Shown piece after piece: positions 29,001 to 37,811 of a stretch of DNA of 64,000 nt. The stretch lies in the NCBI GenBank assembly GCA_001805445.1, contig MHGF01000022.1, forward strand, positions 74,613 through 138,612. The letters are read 5' to 3'. Source of the DNA: Omnitrophica WOR_2 bacterium GWF2_43_52. GTDB taxonomy: Bacteria > Omnitrophota > Gorgyraeia > Gygaellales > UBA12090. The notes beneath the pieces are model-generated. The model did not search any database. It saw nothing but the letters and a program-made list of their open reading frames with translations, and was not told the DNA's origin. The translations under genes were made by a program, and so were the position numbers. Each line of letters starts with the position of its first letter. Within the stretch, counting starts at the first letter, position 1.

Positions 29001-29616
29001 CTGAACCAAATAATTCCCCCGCCTTCTTATAGAGCTTATCCCAATATTGTTTGCCTTCTGGGGTCTGGGGTGAAGTAAAGTTCGCGGTATCCTTCTTTAG
29101 CTGGACATCCGCCTCTAAGAATATCCTGCCAATATCAGTCATTGCCAAGTCATCATCTATGATGTTATTTGGCGAATCCGGCCTTAGGTTGACCCAGAAT
29201 TTATCATTAGGCAGGCTTAAGCCTATGAAGAAATACCTGAGTAAATTTTGAGTCTCACCTTCAAGGGCTTTTTCTTGTTTCTCTGGTGACGTGGTGACCT
29301 GGTGACGGGGTGACTCTTTTAAGAAATCCCCTTTATCTACAAGAAGCTTAAAATCATTGCTTTGGCTATCGTAGGAGATGTATCTTAAGTGCAGTGGACG
29401 AAATTTATCTTGGGGAATAACCGCGTTACGGGCTTGGTTAAAGTAACTGGAGATATCCAGCGTCCGGGCTACTTGGGCAAAGACTGGCTGTTCAAAGATA
29501 AGGCAAAAACAAAGGAAAAAATGGGCTATGCGCCCGCCACACTGCTTTGGCGGGCGTCTGCCTATGCTTTGTGGCGGACGTTGTGCGTTATGAGTCATAT
29601 TGAATATGATAGGCAA
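26062..29616 (-). CDS. Large modular secreted-type protein B (1184 aa), paralog of A
   Basis: Same N-domain and GGIDL C-domain as A. The middle has a class I SAM-methyltransferase-like module (VIDSGSGDGLL...IDND) and a nucleotidyltransferase-like module (AGGIAR..DIDI..RDFSLN). Confidence 0.85.
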   Translation of the reverse strand: MPIIFNMTHNAQRPPQSIGRRPPKQCGGRIAHFFLCFCLIFEQPVFAQVARTLDISSYFNQARNAVIPQDKFRPLHLRYISYDSQSNDFKLLVDKGDFLKESPRHQVTTSPEKQEKALEGETQNLLRYFFIGLSLPNDKFWVNLRPDSPNNIIDDDLAMTDIGRIFLEADVQLKKDTANFTSPQTPEGKQYWDKLYKKAGELFGSENITIPTLTRPWIVPNEIIIRESPDNAYIYKATLKVMLEEDYLKSFQLSAVSQQQYNFKDPRLKELNEYSTQLIRELIIPKLTYQVNTSKRYASLRQVYYSLILAQWFKNKFSVPVNGLASKPVNSLTGKPDNPYSKLIDSRDLTNLTSKEPYDKEEYFKQYQKSFQDGEYNITEPVYTPYGQNIRRYLSGGIEGFMSSSAVTTMIPAKKDMPEIMNDAYAYPIKYLTNLEKQLWQRIEKELKAIKGVGGERKYYIHAQREIDDSVTYNGIEQATLLVRVKDNHQGYDLVKIGGLFFIDKEVYEDLEKDLELRAALKERAIVVSDLSDSTIGESEEKGGRMKLFTSATILLMLNSNIAGKCVIDSGSGDGLLALTALKLGASQAILIDNDEASLNKARQHFEANKFREGVHFWCIAGDLTNKDTLMPKIPEIKDSIVLISNIGTWPGDYGPVTNLTSVGLILNMIKDRNIRIDKIILGGYQSKEFIGHLPDGDIAQLKKYGFHTRPEQSYVGGCVSISAASSVVEVDGKSFQLARLEDSERKENRGINIAVDEDILYITNELEKKGVYFGFAGGIARKMVTGIKPSLRAADIDIVIRGYDKSKVRSVSEIIYFIEDMTRIKFKDTPLHVLNLGKDPDSEELFLYEDELYAKVDILRDFSLNRLIVHKDTSGWVVTSSAGGDYAEDIIQKRLSLIPAVSRHGTNRLLKLDTIFRCVRLMLEFPDMTVDDKSREEIKRIVDEMSEVESKTIREIVSNYLKKPKQNIHNIPENFLDMFARAKNPDTIIPLLKEIGGTRQTLFSILEALPIENIARIVKENKFTNYKGLLTYLADHGGIAAIANSSPLNEKVHDVGGIDLRALPITAQPALGNQLSMFGSAPISLNINFDEECRQIEVMLKNDFIPATARIRDMAYTASQSSAVSSEQIEVVITHIAEILRAQEQKFIPTEPALKQILIALESDNPAQEVQLALSRIVVNPHN

Positions 29617-29747
29617 TGCCAGGCATAGTCAAGTGAAAATGACACTTGTTTATGCCTGGCATTGTGCGGGGCTATTAGCTACCTAAAATATACTACATTT
29701 TAAGTCCAAAACAAGGCTAAAACAGGGGGTTCGGGAAAGCGCTTTCT
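28430..29747 (-). repeat. Long direct repeat, copy 2
   Basis: Homologous to about 14690-15999. Confidence 0.9.
29614..29664. repeat. Hairpin element CAATGCCAGGCATA, copy 2 with inverted core
   Basis: Same arms as 15866-15916; the 23-bp core is the reverse complement of the copy 1 core with 2 differences. Confidence 0.9.
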
Positions 29748-30246
29748 AATGAGGCCACAACTTATGGAGCGCAAGCGAACATAAGTTGTCTGGCCGAATT
29801 ATCCCGCCGAGTGAGGCCAAAATTATCGAAGACCTTTCCTTAAGCGGACAGGAAAGTCTACCCTTCTGGGTTAGAGAATTTTGCCTCGGCTTACCTGTAT
29901 GCCAAACAAGCAGGCAGGCGAGGTGGGAAATACACGCGAATGGACGCGAATAAAGGGGAAGAATATTTGCGCGAATTTACGCGAATTGACCAAGAAAACA
30001 GATGCGCAAGTTTATGCGGATTTTGAGAAAAAAAGTTCGCAGATTATGCAAAGAGCATTAGAATGGTTCTTCAGAGCAGCACTTTCTTTGAAAGAACCAT
30101 TTCTGCGAATTGAAAAATATTGATAGTTTAGCAATAATATCAAAACTTTAATGCTTCCTTCCAAAGGCAAGGCTAGCGCCTACCTGATAGGCAGGGAAGC
30201 ACGAAGTGACATTCGTTCGATTGTCAGGTATTTGTAACACAGAACA

Positions 30247-33200
30247 CTACTTTTTATCTTTATTAAATGCCATATATAAAACCGGCACAAGGATTAAGGT
30301 GATAAAGGTCGAGAAGCTTAATCCGCCGAGCATGCTTACCCCTAAGGGCCTCCACAATTCCGAGCCCTCCCCCCTGCTTATTGCTAACGGAAGCATCCCA
30401 AATAAAGTCGTAATAGTGGTCATCAATACCGGACGAAGCCTGTTTACCCCGCCGGTAACAATGGCCTCAAAGATAGGAAGGCCTTTTTTACGCAGAAGAT
30501 TCGTATAGTCAACCAGCACGATAGCGTTATTAACCACGATACCGCCTAGCATCACTAATCCTAAGAATGCCAGGATGCTTAAATGTACCCCTGATACTAA
30601 AAGGCTAAAGGCTACACCGGTAAAAGCAAAGGGCACGGAAAACATAACAATAAAGGGGTCAACCAGCGACTCAAACTGGGAAGCCATTACCATATACACA
30701 AGGATTCCTCCCAGCATAAAAAGTAAGATTAAATCCTTAAATGCCTTTGCCTGCTCTTCAACATCGCTTCCTAAGTTAATCACTACATCCCTGGGAATAT
30801 CCATATCCGCAAGTATTCCCCGAATGTCTTTAGTAATGTCTCCCAATGAACGCTTAAAGGTATTCGCCTCAACCTTAATAATCCTCTGCTGATTCTGCCT
30901 TTCAATATCAATAGGCCCTACCCCTTGGCTTATATATGCCACATTATTAAGCCGGATTATCTTTCCTGAATGAGAGGTAAGCGGAATGTTTTCTATATCA
31001 GGGATACTTGCGCGGTCATCATCTTTGAGGCGCAAGAATATATCATATTCATCCCCTCCTTGGCGAAACTTGCTTGCGGTTTTACCGGAAAAATACGTCT
31101 GCAAGGAATCAGTAATACCTGCCATACTCAGTCCTAAGGAAGAAGCCTTTTGCCTATCTACTACCACCTTAAGCTCCGGCCTGCCTAATTCCCGGGAAAT
31201 TGTTATATCCGAAAGGCCTTGTACCTGGGATATTTCGGATTGAAGCTTATAGGCAAGCGCGTCGGTATCCTTGAAGTCATGGCCTAAGATTTCTATGGAA
31301 ACAGGCTTACCGCCGCCGAAGATAATCCGCGAGAAAGGGCTACCTCCTTGAATATTTACTTTTTTTACCCCTAAGAGCGCTTTAATCTTTGGGCGTATAC
31401 CTTGAGCAATCTCTTTAGATGAACGCGCGCGCGTATCCAGTTTCGCTAACTTAATCGCCATATTAATAACATGTGAGCCCATCTTTGAGCCAAAGGCCGC
31501 GCCAAAGCGTGCCGCGCCCGAATACCCGTAGCGGCTGGATACCGCCACTGCCTCTGGAACATTTTTGCTGATAATATTTTCTATCTCTAGCACTGCCTTG
31601 GCGGTTTCTTCGTAGCGGGTTCCCACCGGAAGCTCAATCATCAGGCTTAAATCTCCGGTATCTTCTTCAGGAATAAATTCTGTGCCTATCTTGGGGACGA
31701 TGAGGATACTGGCGATAAAAACAGCCAGGGCAGCCGTAAAGGTCATCTTTTTATGCCCTAATGCCCAGGCTAACGTTTTGGAATACCTTTGCTCTACAAA
31801 GGTAAAAAAACCGCCGCTTGTTTCATAAAACCTCTGATAGAAGGTTTTGTTTTTATTTTTTATATTTTCTTCCGGAAGATGAGTAAGTAATTTTGAGCAA
31901 AGCATAGGGCTTAAGGTTAAAGCCGTAAAAAGCGAGGCAAGTAAAGTTACCGTGACAAGTATTGCCAACTGTTTAAACATAATTCCCGTGACGCCTGTAA
32001 GAAACGCCATAGGCAAAAATACTACCACCGTAGTAAGGGTCGACGCGGAAATGGCAAGGCCGACCTCTGATGTTCCGTTAATAGCCGCATCCCTAGGATT
32101 TTCTCTTTTCTCCCTGTGGCGGTACACATTATCGGTAACCACAATGGCATTATCCACGACCATGCCAATGGCAATCGCTAAACTTGAGAGCGACATAATG
32201 TTAATGGTATAACCCAGAAAATACATCACAATAAAAGCTATGATGAGAGAAAAAGGAATGGTTAAGGCGATGATAAGGCTTGGGCGAAGTTGGCGCAAAA
32301 AGAAAAACACTACCAGGACGACAAACAACCCGCCCCAATATACGGTTTTGCTCAAGTCGCGGATTGACTGCAGGATGTGTTCGGAATTATCAATAAGAAA
32401 TGAAAATTTGATATCCGAGGGAAGCCTCCCCTCCAAGCCATTGATTGCTTTTTTTACCTGGCCTGCTACCTCAACCGTATTTGCCCCGGAGCGCTTTTGC
32501 ACCATAAGCGTTACCCCAGGCCTGCCATTACTGCGCACGCCCATGGTCTGCTCTTTAAACGAATCCTCAACAAGCGCGATATCTTTTATATACACCATCT
32601 TTTCGCCGTCCTGAGCAATCACGATATCCTTAATTTCATCGGCTGAAATAAATTCTCCCGGAACCCGCAAGGTATAATCAAGATATCCTGTTTTTAAGTT
32701 TCCGGCAGGAAGGCTTACGTTTTCATTTTTGATTCTTTGCGCGACTTCCTGGACAGAAAGGCGGTATGCCTCTAAGCGGCCGCGGTCAAGCCTTACATTA
32801 ATCTGGCGCTCAAAGCCCCCGTATATCTGCACTGCCCCTACCCCGGGAATCCTTTTGAGGTAATCGCCTACCTGCTTATCAACCAGATGATAGAGCTGCT
32901 GATAATTTTCCTGGGCACAATTGACCCCGATAAATAAAATTGGAATCATGGATGTGTTAAACTTAAAGACTATCGGGGTTTCAATCTCTTCCGGCAGGCT
33001 TCTCTTGGCAAACTCAAGCCTGTCGCGCACATCATTAGATGCCTCATCAAGGTTTACCCCCCACTTAAAGCGGCAGCTTACCATAGAAAGCCCCTCCATC
33101 GAACGGGAGGTAAGCTTATCAAGGTTAGAAACAATAGCCAAATTATTCTCTATAACTTCGGTTATCTTCGCCTCAACATCTTCCGCTGAAGCCCCTTCAT

Positions 33201-33351
33201 AAACCGTTAATACTGAAATAACCGGCGGCTCAATCTCGGGCATAAGGTCTATTGACAGCTTGCCTAGCGACACAAGCCCAATGACCAATACCGCAAAGAA
33301 AATCATGATATTGGTAACCGGAAATTTTACTCCAAATTCTGGTAACCGCAT
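30247..33351 (-). CDS. RND efflux permease (AcrB family)
   Basis: 1034 aa; GMVVDNAIVV, GIVVNNAIVLVD, RLRPVLMT. Confidence 0.96.
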   Translation of the reverse strand: MRLPEFGVKFPVTNIMIFFAVLVIGLVSLGKLSIDLMPEIEPPVISVLTVYEGASAEDVEAKITEVIENNLAIVSNLDKLTSRSMEGLSMVSCRFKWGVNLDEASNDVRDRLEFAKRSLPEEIETPIVFKFNTSMIPILFIGVNCAQENYQQLYHLVDKQVGDYLKRIPGVGAVQIYGGFERQINVRLDRGRLEAYRLSVQEVAQRIKNENVSLPAGNLKTGYLDYTLRVPGEFISADEIKDIVIAQDGEKMVYIKDIALVEDSFKEQTMGVRSNGRPGVTLMVQKRSGANTVEVAGQVKKAINGLEGRLPSDIKFSFLIDNSEHILQSIRDLSKTVYWGGLFVVLVVFFFLRQLRPSLIIALTIPFSLIIAFIVMYFLGYTINIMSLSSLAIAIGMVVDNAIVVTDNVYRHREKRENPRDAAINGTSEVGLAISASTLTTVVVFLPMAFLTGVTGIMFKQLAILVTVTLLASLFTALTLSPMLCSKLLTHLPEENIKNKNKTFYQRFYETSGGFFTFVEQRYSKTLAWALGHKKMTFTAALAVFIASILIVPKIGTEFIPEEDTGDLSLMIELPVGTRYEETAKAVLEIENIISKNVPEAVAVSSRYGYSGAARFGAAFGSKMGSHVINMAIKLAKLDTRARSSKEIAQGIRPKIKALLGVKKVNIQGGSPFSRIIFGGGKPVSIEILGHDFKDTDALAYKLQSEISQVQGLSDITISRELGRPELKVVVDRQKASSLGLSMAGITDSLQTYFSGKTASKFRQGGDEYDIFLRLKDDDRASIPDIENIPLTSHSGKIIRLNNVAYISQGVGPIDIERQNQQRIIKVEANTFKRSLGDITKDIRGILADMDIPRDVVINLGSDVEEQAKAFKDLILLFMLGGILVYMVMASQFESLVDPFIVMFSVPFAFTGVAFSLLVSGVHLSILAFLGLVMLGGIVVNNAIVLVDYTNLLRKKGLPIFEAIVTGGVNRLRPVLMTTITTLFGMLPLAISRGEGSELWRPLGVSMLGGLSFSTFITLILVPVLYMAFNKDKK

Positions 33352-33441
33352 ATTATCCTCGTTTCGCTCGGGAGTTTACAGTTAACAGTGAACAGCACAT
33401 GAAAAAACTATCTTCTTTTAACAAATGTTTCAGCTGTTATT

Positions 33442-34368
33442 TTACTCCGCTACATTCACCTGCGCGCCGTCTTTTAACCCCTGCTGGCCAAAGACAAGTA
33501 TCCTTTGATTTTCCTCTAAACCTTCAAGAATTTCAATTTTATTGTCCTGCCGTATCCCCAGCCTTACCCTTACTTTCTTAGCAATAGAATCTTCTGCCAC
33601 ATACACAAAATCACTGTTATCTTCTTTGACCAAGGCATCCGCGGGGATAACCAAAACGTTAGCGTGTTTTCCGGCGAAAATCCTGATTCGGGCGAACATC
33701 CCTGACTTTAGGCGATGTTGGGGATTGGAAATAACAATTTCTATAGGAAGTGTCCTGGTAAGAGTATCAACCACCTCGCTTACTTTTGAAATTTCTCCGC
33801 TGAATTCTTCATTCGGGTAGGCATCAACAAGAAGAAAAGCCTTAAACCCTTTGGCAATAAAAGGAATATCCTGTTCCCGTATGGCTAATCTTACAATCAT
33901 CTCATCCATATTCAGCACTATAGCTACAGCTGTTGGTTTTGCCGTGTTCGCTGCCATCACATCAGCTCCTTTATCAAGCAAAGTCATGCCTACCCTGCCG
34001 GCTATTGGCGCCTCTACCTTGGCTAATTCATACTTTAACCCGGTCTCATCCCTGTCTATCAAGGCAATTACCTGTCCCTTTTCCACCGGCTCGCCTTCTA
34101 TTGCCGCGTAGCTCGACAACTTGCCGCCAACTTTAGAGAAAATAAACACCTCATCTTTAGCTTTTATATTCCCCACGTACGAAAGGATAAAATCCAAGTC
34201 CTCTCTTTTTACCCTATCTGACTTAACGGTTGTCTTCTCGTGGCTTCGCTTTTGCGCAAGGACAACTTTATCCGTAGGTTTTTTGGAAAGAAACAACCTT
34301 TTCACAAAACCTATACCGATAATATGTAAAACAATAATTAAAAAAACTATGCTTTTCTTTCTTTTCAT
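33442..34368 (-). CDS. RND periplasmic adaptor (membrane fusion protein)
   Basis: N-terminal TM segment, APIAG, LKSGMFAR; lies between the TolC and RND genes. Confidence 0.92.
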   Translation of the reverse strand: MKRKKSIVFLIIVLHIIGIGFVKRLFLSKKPTDKVVLAQKRSHEKTTVKSDRVKREDLDFILSYVGNIKAKDEVFIFSKVGGKLSSYAAIEGEPVEKGQVIALIDRDETGLKYELAKVEAPIAGRVGMTLLDKGADVMAANTAKPTAVAIVLNMDEMIVRLAIREQDIPFIAKGFKAFLLVDAYPNEEFSGEISKVSEVVDTLTRTLPIEIVISNPQHRLKSGMFARIRIFAGKHANVLVIPADALVKEDNSDFVYVAEDSIAKKVRVRLGIRQDNKIEILEGLEENQRILVFGQQGLKDGAQVNVAE

Positions 34369-35642
34369 CGTGCCCCCATCGCGCTATCCAGTTCTGCCTT
34401 TGCCATCAGGCAATCATAGAGCGCTTGCGTATGATTAAACCCAGAAACTAAAAGCGCTAAGCTGGCGTCTTTCATATCGAGCTGGCTTGCTATGCCATCG
34501 TTATACCGCGCTTCCAGGATACGCGCGTTATCCGCGTATACCTCACTATCTTTCTTGCTCGCGGCGAGTTTCGCTATCGCTGTTTTTAAAGATACATACG
34601 CTTCTTTTACCTGAAACGCAATATCCATAATAAGCTTATCTTTCAAAATTGCATCTTGCTTCAAGGCACTTACTGCCTGCTCAACCTTTGCCTTCGTAAG
34701 CCATCCGTCAAAAATAGGCCAGCTCATTGTAAGCCCCAGCGTATTATAATCCTGCCATCCTTTACCGGGAGAAAAGGTCAACGAGGTAGTGGAACGGCTG
34801 GCATAATCAAAAGACGCGTAAATACTCGGCCGGTTATCCGCCCTGGCTATTGCGACGGCCTTGGTATCAACTGCCTGCTGCGCCTCATACTGCTTAATTT
34901 CCGGCCGCTGCCGTAACGCGCTAAGTATAGCCTCATCTATGGCTATCTGGCGCTCTGAATATTCAAAATTGTACACTATGTCAAACTCGGTATCAACCTG
35001 AAGATAGAGAATATTCTTTAATACCACTAAGGCATTCTCCTTCTGATTAAGCGCTTCCTCGCTCAGGCTTTCATAGACGGCAAGGCTTGACTCAAAACGC
35101 AGCACCTCCGACTCAGAGGCTTGCCCTTTTTCATAGCGCGCCCGGACAGCCGCGCAATGTTCTTGAGTATTCTCAAGAATTTCGCTATTTACCCGCGCCA
35201 ATTCCTTGGCAAGCGATAAGGCGTAAAAAGCCTTCTTTACCTTTGTCACTGTATCCAAAACCGCCTTTTCTAAAATCGCCTCTTGAAGTTCACTTTTATG
35301 TCCGGCCTGCTTTAAGGTATTGACAGTTTTACCTCCTTGGTAAAGGTACTGTTTTACCCCTGTTGAAAAAGAATAGCTAAGAATATCTTTCTTATAAAGC
35401 CCGCGCGTATCGGTAGCGGTACTGCCTAAGGTTACTTCCGGGAAATACCCGCTTCTTGCCTCATCAATTTCAAGCGCCGCCTGACGCAGCTTCTCTTGAT
35501 TCCAGAGGATATCGCAATTATCTCTCAAAGCAATCGCGATTGCTTCATCTAACGTAAAAACAATATTTTTTATCTCGGCTCTTGCAGGGCAGGCCGCGCT
35601 CAAAAGGAAAAAAAATATGTAGAGTACGTTAGATAGCCTCAT
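34365..35642 (-). CDS. TolC-family outer membrane efflux protein
   Basis: TLDEAIAIAL, RPEI, WPIFDG, RYNDG; start reassigned to ATG 35642 (signal peptide). Confidence 0.92.
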   Translation of the reverse strand: MRLSNVLYIFFFLLSAACPARAEIKNIVFTLDEAIAIALRDNCDILWNQEKLRQAALEIDEARSGYFPEVTLGSTATDTRGLYKKDILSYSFSTGVKQYLYQGGKTVNTLKQAGHKSELQEAILEKAVLDTVTKVKKAFYALSLAKELARVNSEILENTQEHCAAVRARYEKGQASESEVLRFESSLAVYESLSEEALNQKENALVVLKNILYLQVDTEFDIVYNFEYSERQIAIDEAILSALRQRPEIKQYEAQQAVDTKAVAIARADNRPSIYASFDYASRSTTSLTFSPGKGWQDYNTLGLTMSWPIFDGWLTKAKVEQAVSALKQDAILKDKLIMDIAFQVKEAYVSLKTAIAKLAASKKDSEVYADNARILEARYNDGIASQLDMKDASLALLVSGFNHTQALYDCLMAKAELDSAMGAR

Positions 35643-35643
35643 G

Positions 35644-36093
35644 CTAATTCTTGTTTTCCTTAAGATGCCGGTGAATCTTGGTAAGTATGTCGCGATAGGT
35701 ATTCCTGTCATAGGCGCTCAGATGCCCAAACATGCTAATAATGGCTTTATGCCGGGCTTGATTATGCTTTGCTATCACTTTTCTTCCGCCTGCGGTAATG
35801 CTGATATTCACCACGCGCCTGTCACCGGCGCTGCTGCCGCGCACCACAAAACCATTCTTTACCAGCCTGTCCACAATACCCGTTGTGGCCGCCGTGCTTA
35901 CTGAAAGGTGTTTTGCCAGTTCTCCCATGCGCATTGAGGTTTTATCCTTTAACACATCAAGGACAAAAACCTGCGGCAGCGATATACGGCCTTCAACGAC
36001 CTCTTTCGCCTGCTGTTTCAAAAACTTACGCATGATATCCGACAACAGTATTGAAACGTCGTCAGCAAAATTGACAAGCGCGTCGCCAGGAAT
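35644..36093 (-). CDS. MarR family regulator (probable ATT start)
   Basis: TGIVDRLVKNG..R..DRRV..IT..G. The frame is open to an ATT at 36093, 6 nt after GGAGG. Confidence 0.88.
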   Translation of the reverse strand: MPGDALVNFADDVSILLSDIMRKFLKQQAKEVVEGRISLPQVFVLDVLKDKTSMRMGELAKHLSVSTAATTGIVDRLVKNGFVVRGSSAGDRRVVNISITAGGRKVIAKHNQARHKAIISMFGHLSAYDRNTYRDILTKIHRHLKENKN

Positions 36094-36106
36094 AATTAAC
36101 CTCCAT

Positions 36107-36129
36107 AATATTTAAGTATCTTAAATATT
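36107..36129. promoter_or_regulatory. Probable MarR operator
   Basis: Palindrome AATATTTAAG-tat-CTTAAATATT just upstream of the marR RBS. Confidence 0.55.
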
Positions 36130-36179
36130 TACTAAATAAAGTTTATCACACTTCTCCCGAATTTCAAGAAAAGAATCTG

Positions 36180-36695
36180 TTAGGGCCTTACGATGAGGCG
36201 GTTTAAAAAGGCAATTTCCGCTTCAAGTAATTCCTGATTATGCGCGACTATTACGGATAAATTTGGCGGGGCGCCTTTAGAAAGCGTGGCTTTAAGTTTT
36301 TCTAAGCCTTTTTTGAGGCGGGTGAGCAATTTCAGCCTCACTTTCAGGTAGCGCTCTCTTTGTTCTGGAGGGATATAGTTAAGAAAATAGAGCGATACAT
36401 CAATGCTGAAATACGGCCGCTCAATAGTGAGTAAATTTTTAAGCAAAAGCTTCTTAAATGCTTCCTTGCCCTTCGGAGTAATCTTATAGGTATAGCGGAT
36501 AGGCCTCTTGCCTTCTTTATCAACAGCCTGGGTAACCAAGCCGCCTTTTAACATCTTTTTAAGAGGATAATAAATAGAGTCGGTTTTTATACCGGTAAAG
36601 GTAGCGGTAATTTCCTGAAGGAGTTTTTTTAACTGGTAGCCGTGTTTTGGCCCGTCTTGGAGAAGGCCTAGGAAGAATAATTCCTGCTCTTTCAT
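36180..36695 (-). CDS. PadR family regulator
   Basis: GPKHGYQL, SIYYPL, Y.IT.KG. Confidence 0.92.
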   Translation of the reverse strand: MKEQELFFLGLLQDGPKHGYQLKKLLQEITATFTGIKTDSIYYPLKKMLKGGLVTQAVDKEGKRPIRYTYKITPKGKEAFKKLLLKNLLTIERPYFSIDVSLYFLNYIPPEQRERYLKVRLKLLTRLKKGLEKLKATLSKGAPPNLSVIVAHNQELLEAEIAFLNRLIVRP

Positions 36696-36786
36696 TTCTT
36701 AAACGCGAATTTACGCTGATTTTTTCTTGCCTGCCGTATAGGCAAGCGCGAATATCCGCGAATTTTTATTCGCGTCTATTCGAGTT

Positions 36787-37719
36787 TTAGGCGAAGACGC
36801 CGATTTTTCTGAATTTCTGATAACGTTGGGCGAGTAGTATATCAACAGGAATTTGTTTTAACTCATCAAGGTGTTTCTTGATTGTCTTTTTAAGGCTTTG
36901 GGCGGTTTTCTGCGCGTCGCGATGCGCGCCTCCCTGAGGCTCATTCACAATATCATCAATAATCCCTAACTCTAAGAGTTCCTGAGCGGTTAATTTTAAG
37001 GCGCTTGCCGCCTCGTTGGCCTTGGCAGAATCTTTCCAGAGAATAGCCGCGCAGCCTTCGGGAGAAATTACTGAATAATAAGCATTTTCCATCACGCATA
37101 CCCTGTCTCCTATGCCAATACCAAGCGCGCCTCCTGAGCCGCCTTCCCCAATAACTACCACGACTATCGGCACTCCTATCAGGACCATCTCGCGCAGGTT
37201 TAAGGCAATAGCCTGGGCCTGGCCCCTTTCTTCCGCGCCTATCCCCGGGTATGCCCCGGGAGTATCAATCAAGGTAACTATAGGAACATTGAATTTTTGG
37301 GCAAGCTGCATAAGGCGAAGCGCTTTACGGTAGCCTTCGGGATGGGCGCAGCCGAAATTACGCTTAAGGTTTTCTTTGGTATCCCTGCCTTTTTGATGGC
37401 CCAGCACCAAAATCTTCTGGCCATCGAGTTTAGCCAGCCCGGAAACCATTGCTTTATCGTCGCTAAAAAGCCTGTCACCGTGCAATTCGCAAAAATCAGT
37501 TAGCATTAAGTCGATATAATCAAGGGTATACGGGCGCCGGGGATGGCGGGCAATCTTGACGCGCTGCCAAGCTGTAAGGTTTTGGTAAATCTCATTCTTC
37601 TTTTTTTCCAATTCCTGCTCAAGGCGCTTGATTACCTCTTTATCTTTGGTAATGTGCCGTAATTCCTCAATCTTGCGCTCTAATTCCAGTATTGGCCGCT
37701 CGAAATCTAATCCAATCAT
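36787..37719 (-). CDS. accA: Acetyl-CoA carboxylase carboxyltransferase alpha
   Basis: LDFERPI, DTPGAYPG, GEGGSGGA, VISPEGCA. Confidence 0.97.
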   Translation of the reverse strand: MIGLDFERPILELERKIEELRHITKDKEVIKRLEQELEKKKNEIYQNLTAWQRVKIARHPRRPYTLDYIDLMLTDFCELHGDRLFSDDKAMVSGLAKLDGQKILVLGHQKGRDTKENLKRNFGCAHPEGYRKALRLMQLAQKFNVPIVTLIDTPGAYPGIGAEERGQAQAIALNLREMVLIGVPIVVVVIGEGGSGGALGIGIGDRVCVMENAYYSVISPEGCAAILWKDSAKANEAASALKLTAQELLELGIIDDIVNEPQGGAHRDAQKTAQSLKKTIKKHLDELKQIPVDILLAQRYQKFRKIGVFA

Positions 37720-37811
37720 TTTAAAACACGAATAGACACAAATTATACACGAATACGCGCGAATATCCGCATAAAATATAATTTGCTGCTATTCCTATGA
37801 ATTTAGAGATA

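Noticed and set aside
14690-29747. Diversity-generating retroelement template/variable repeat pair or assembly duplication
   Set aside because: Differences between the copies are not adenine-specific, both copies are intact ORFs with many synonymous changes, and no reverse transcriptase is present.
29881-30123. 80-aa plus-strand ORF
   Set aside because: It is read through repeat elements, starts at TTG without an RBS and has no motif.
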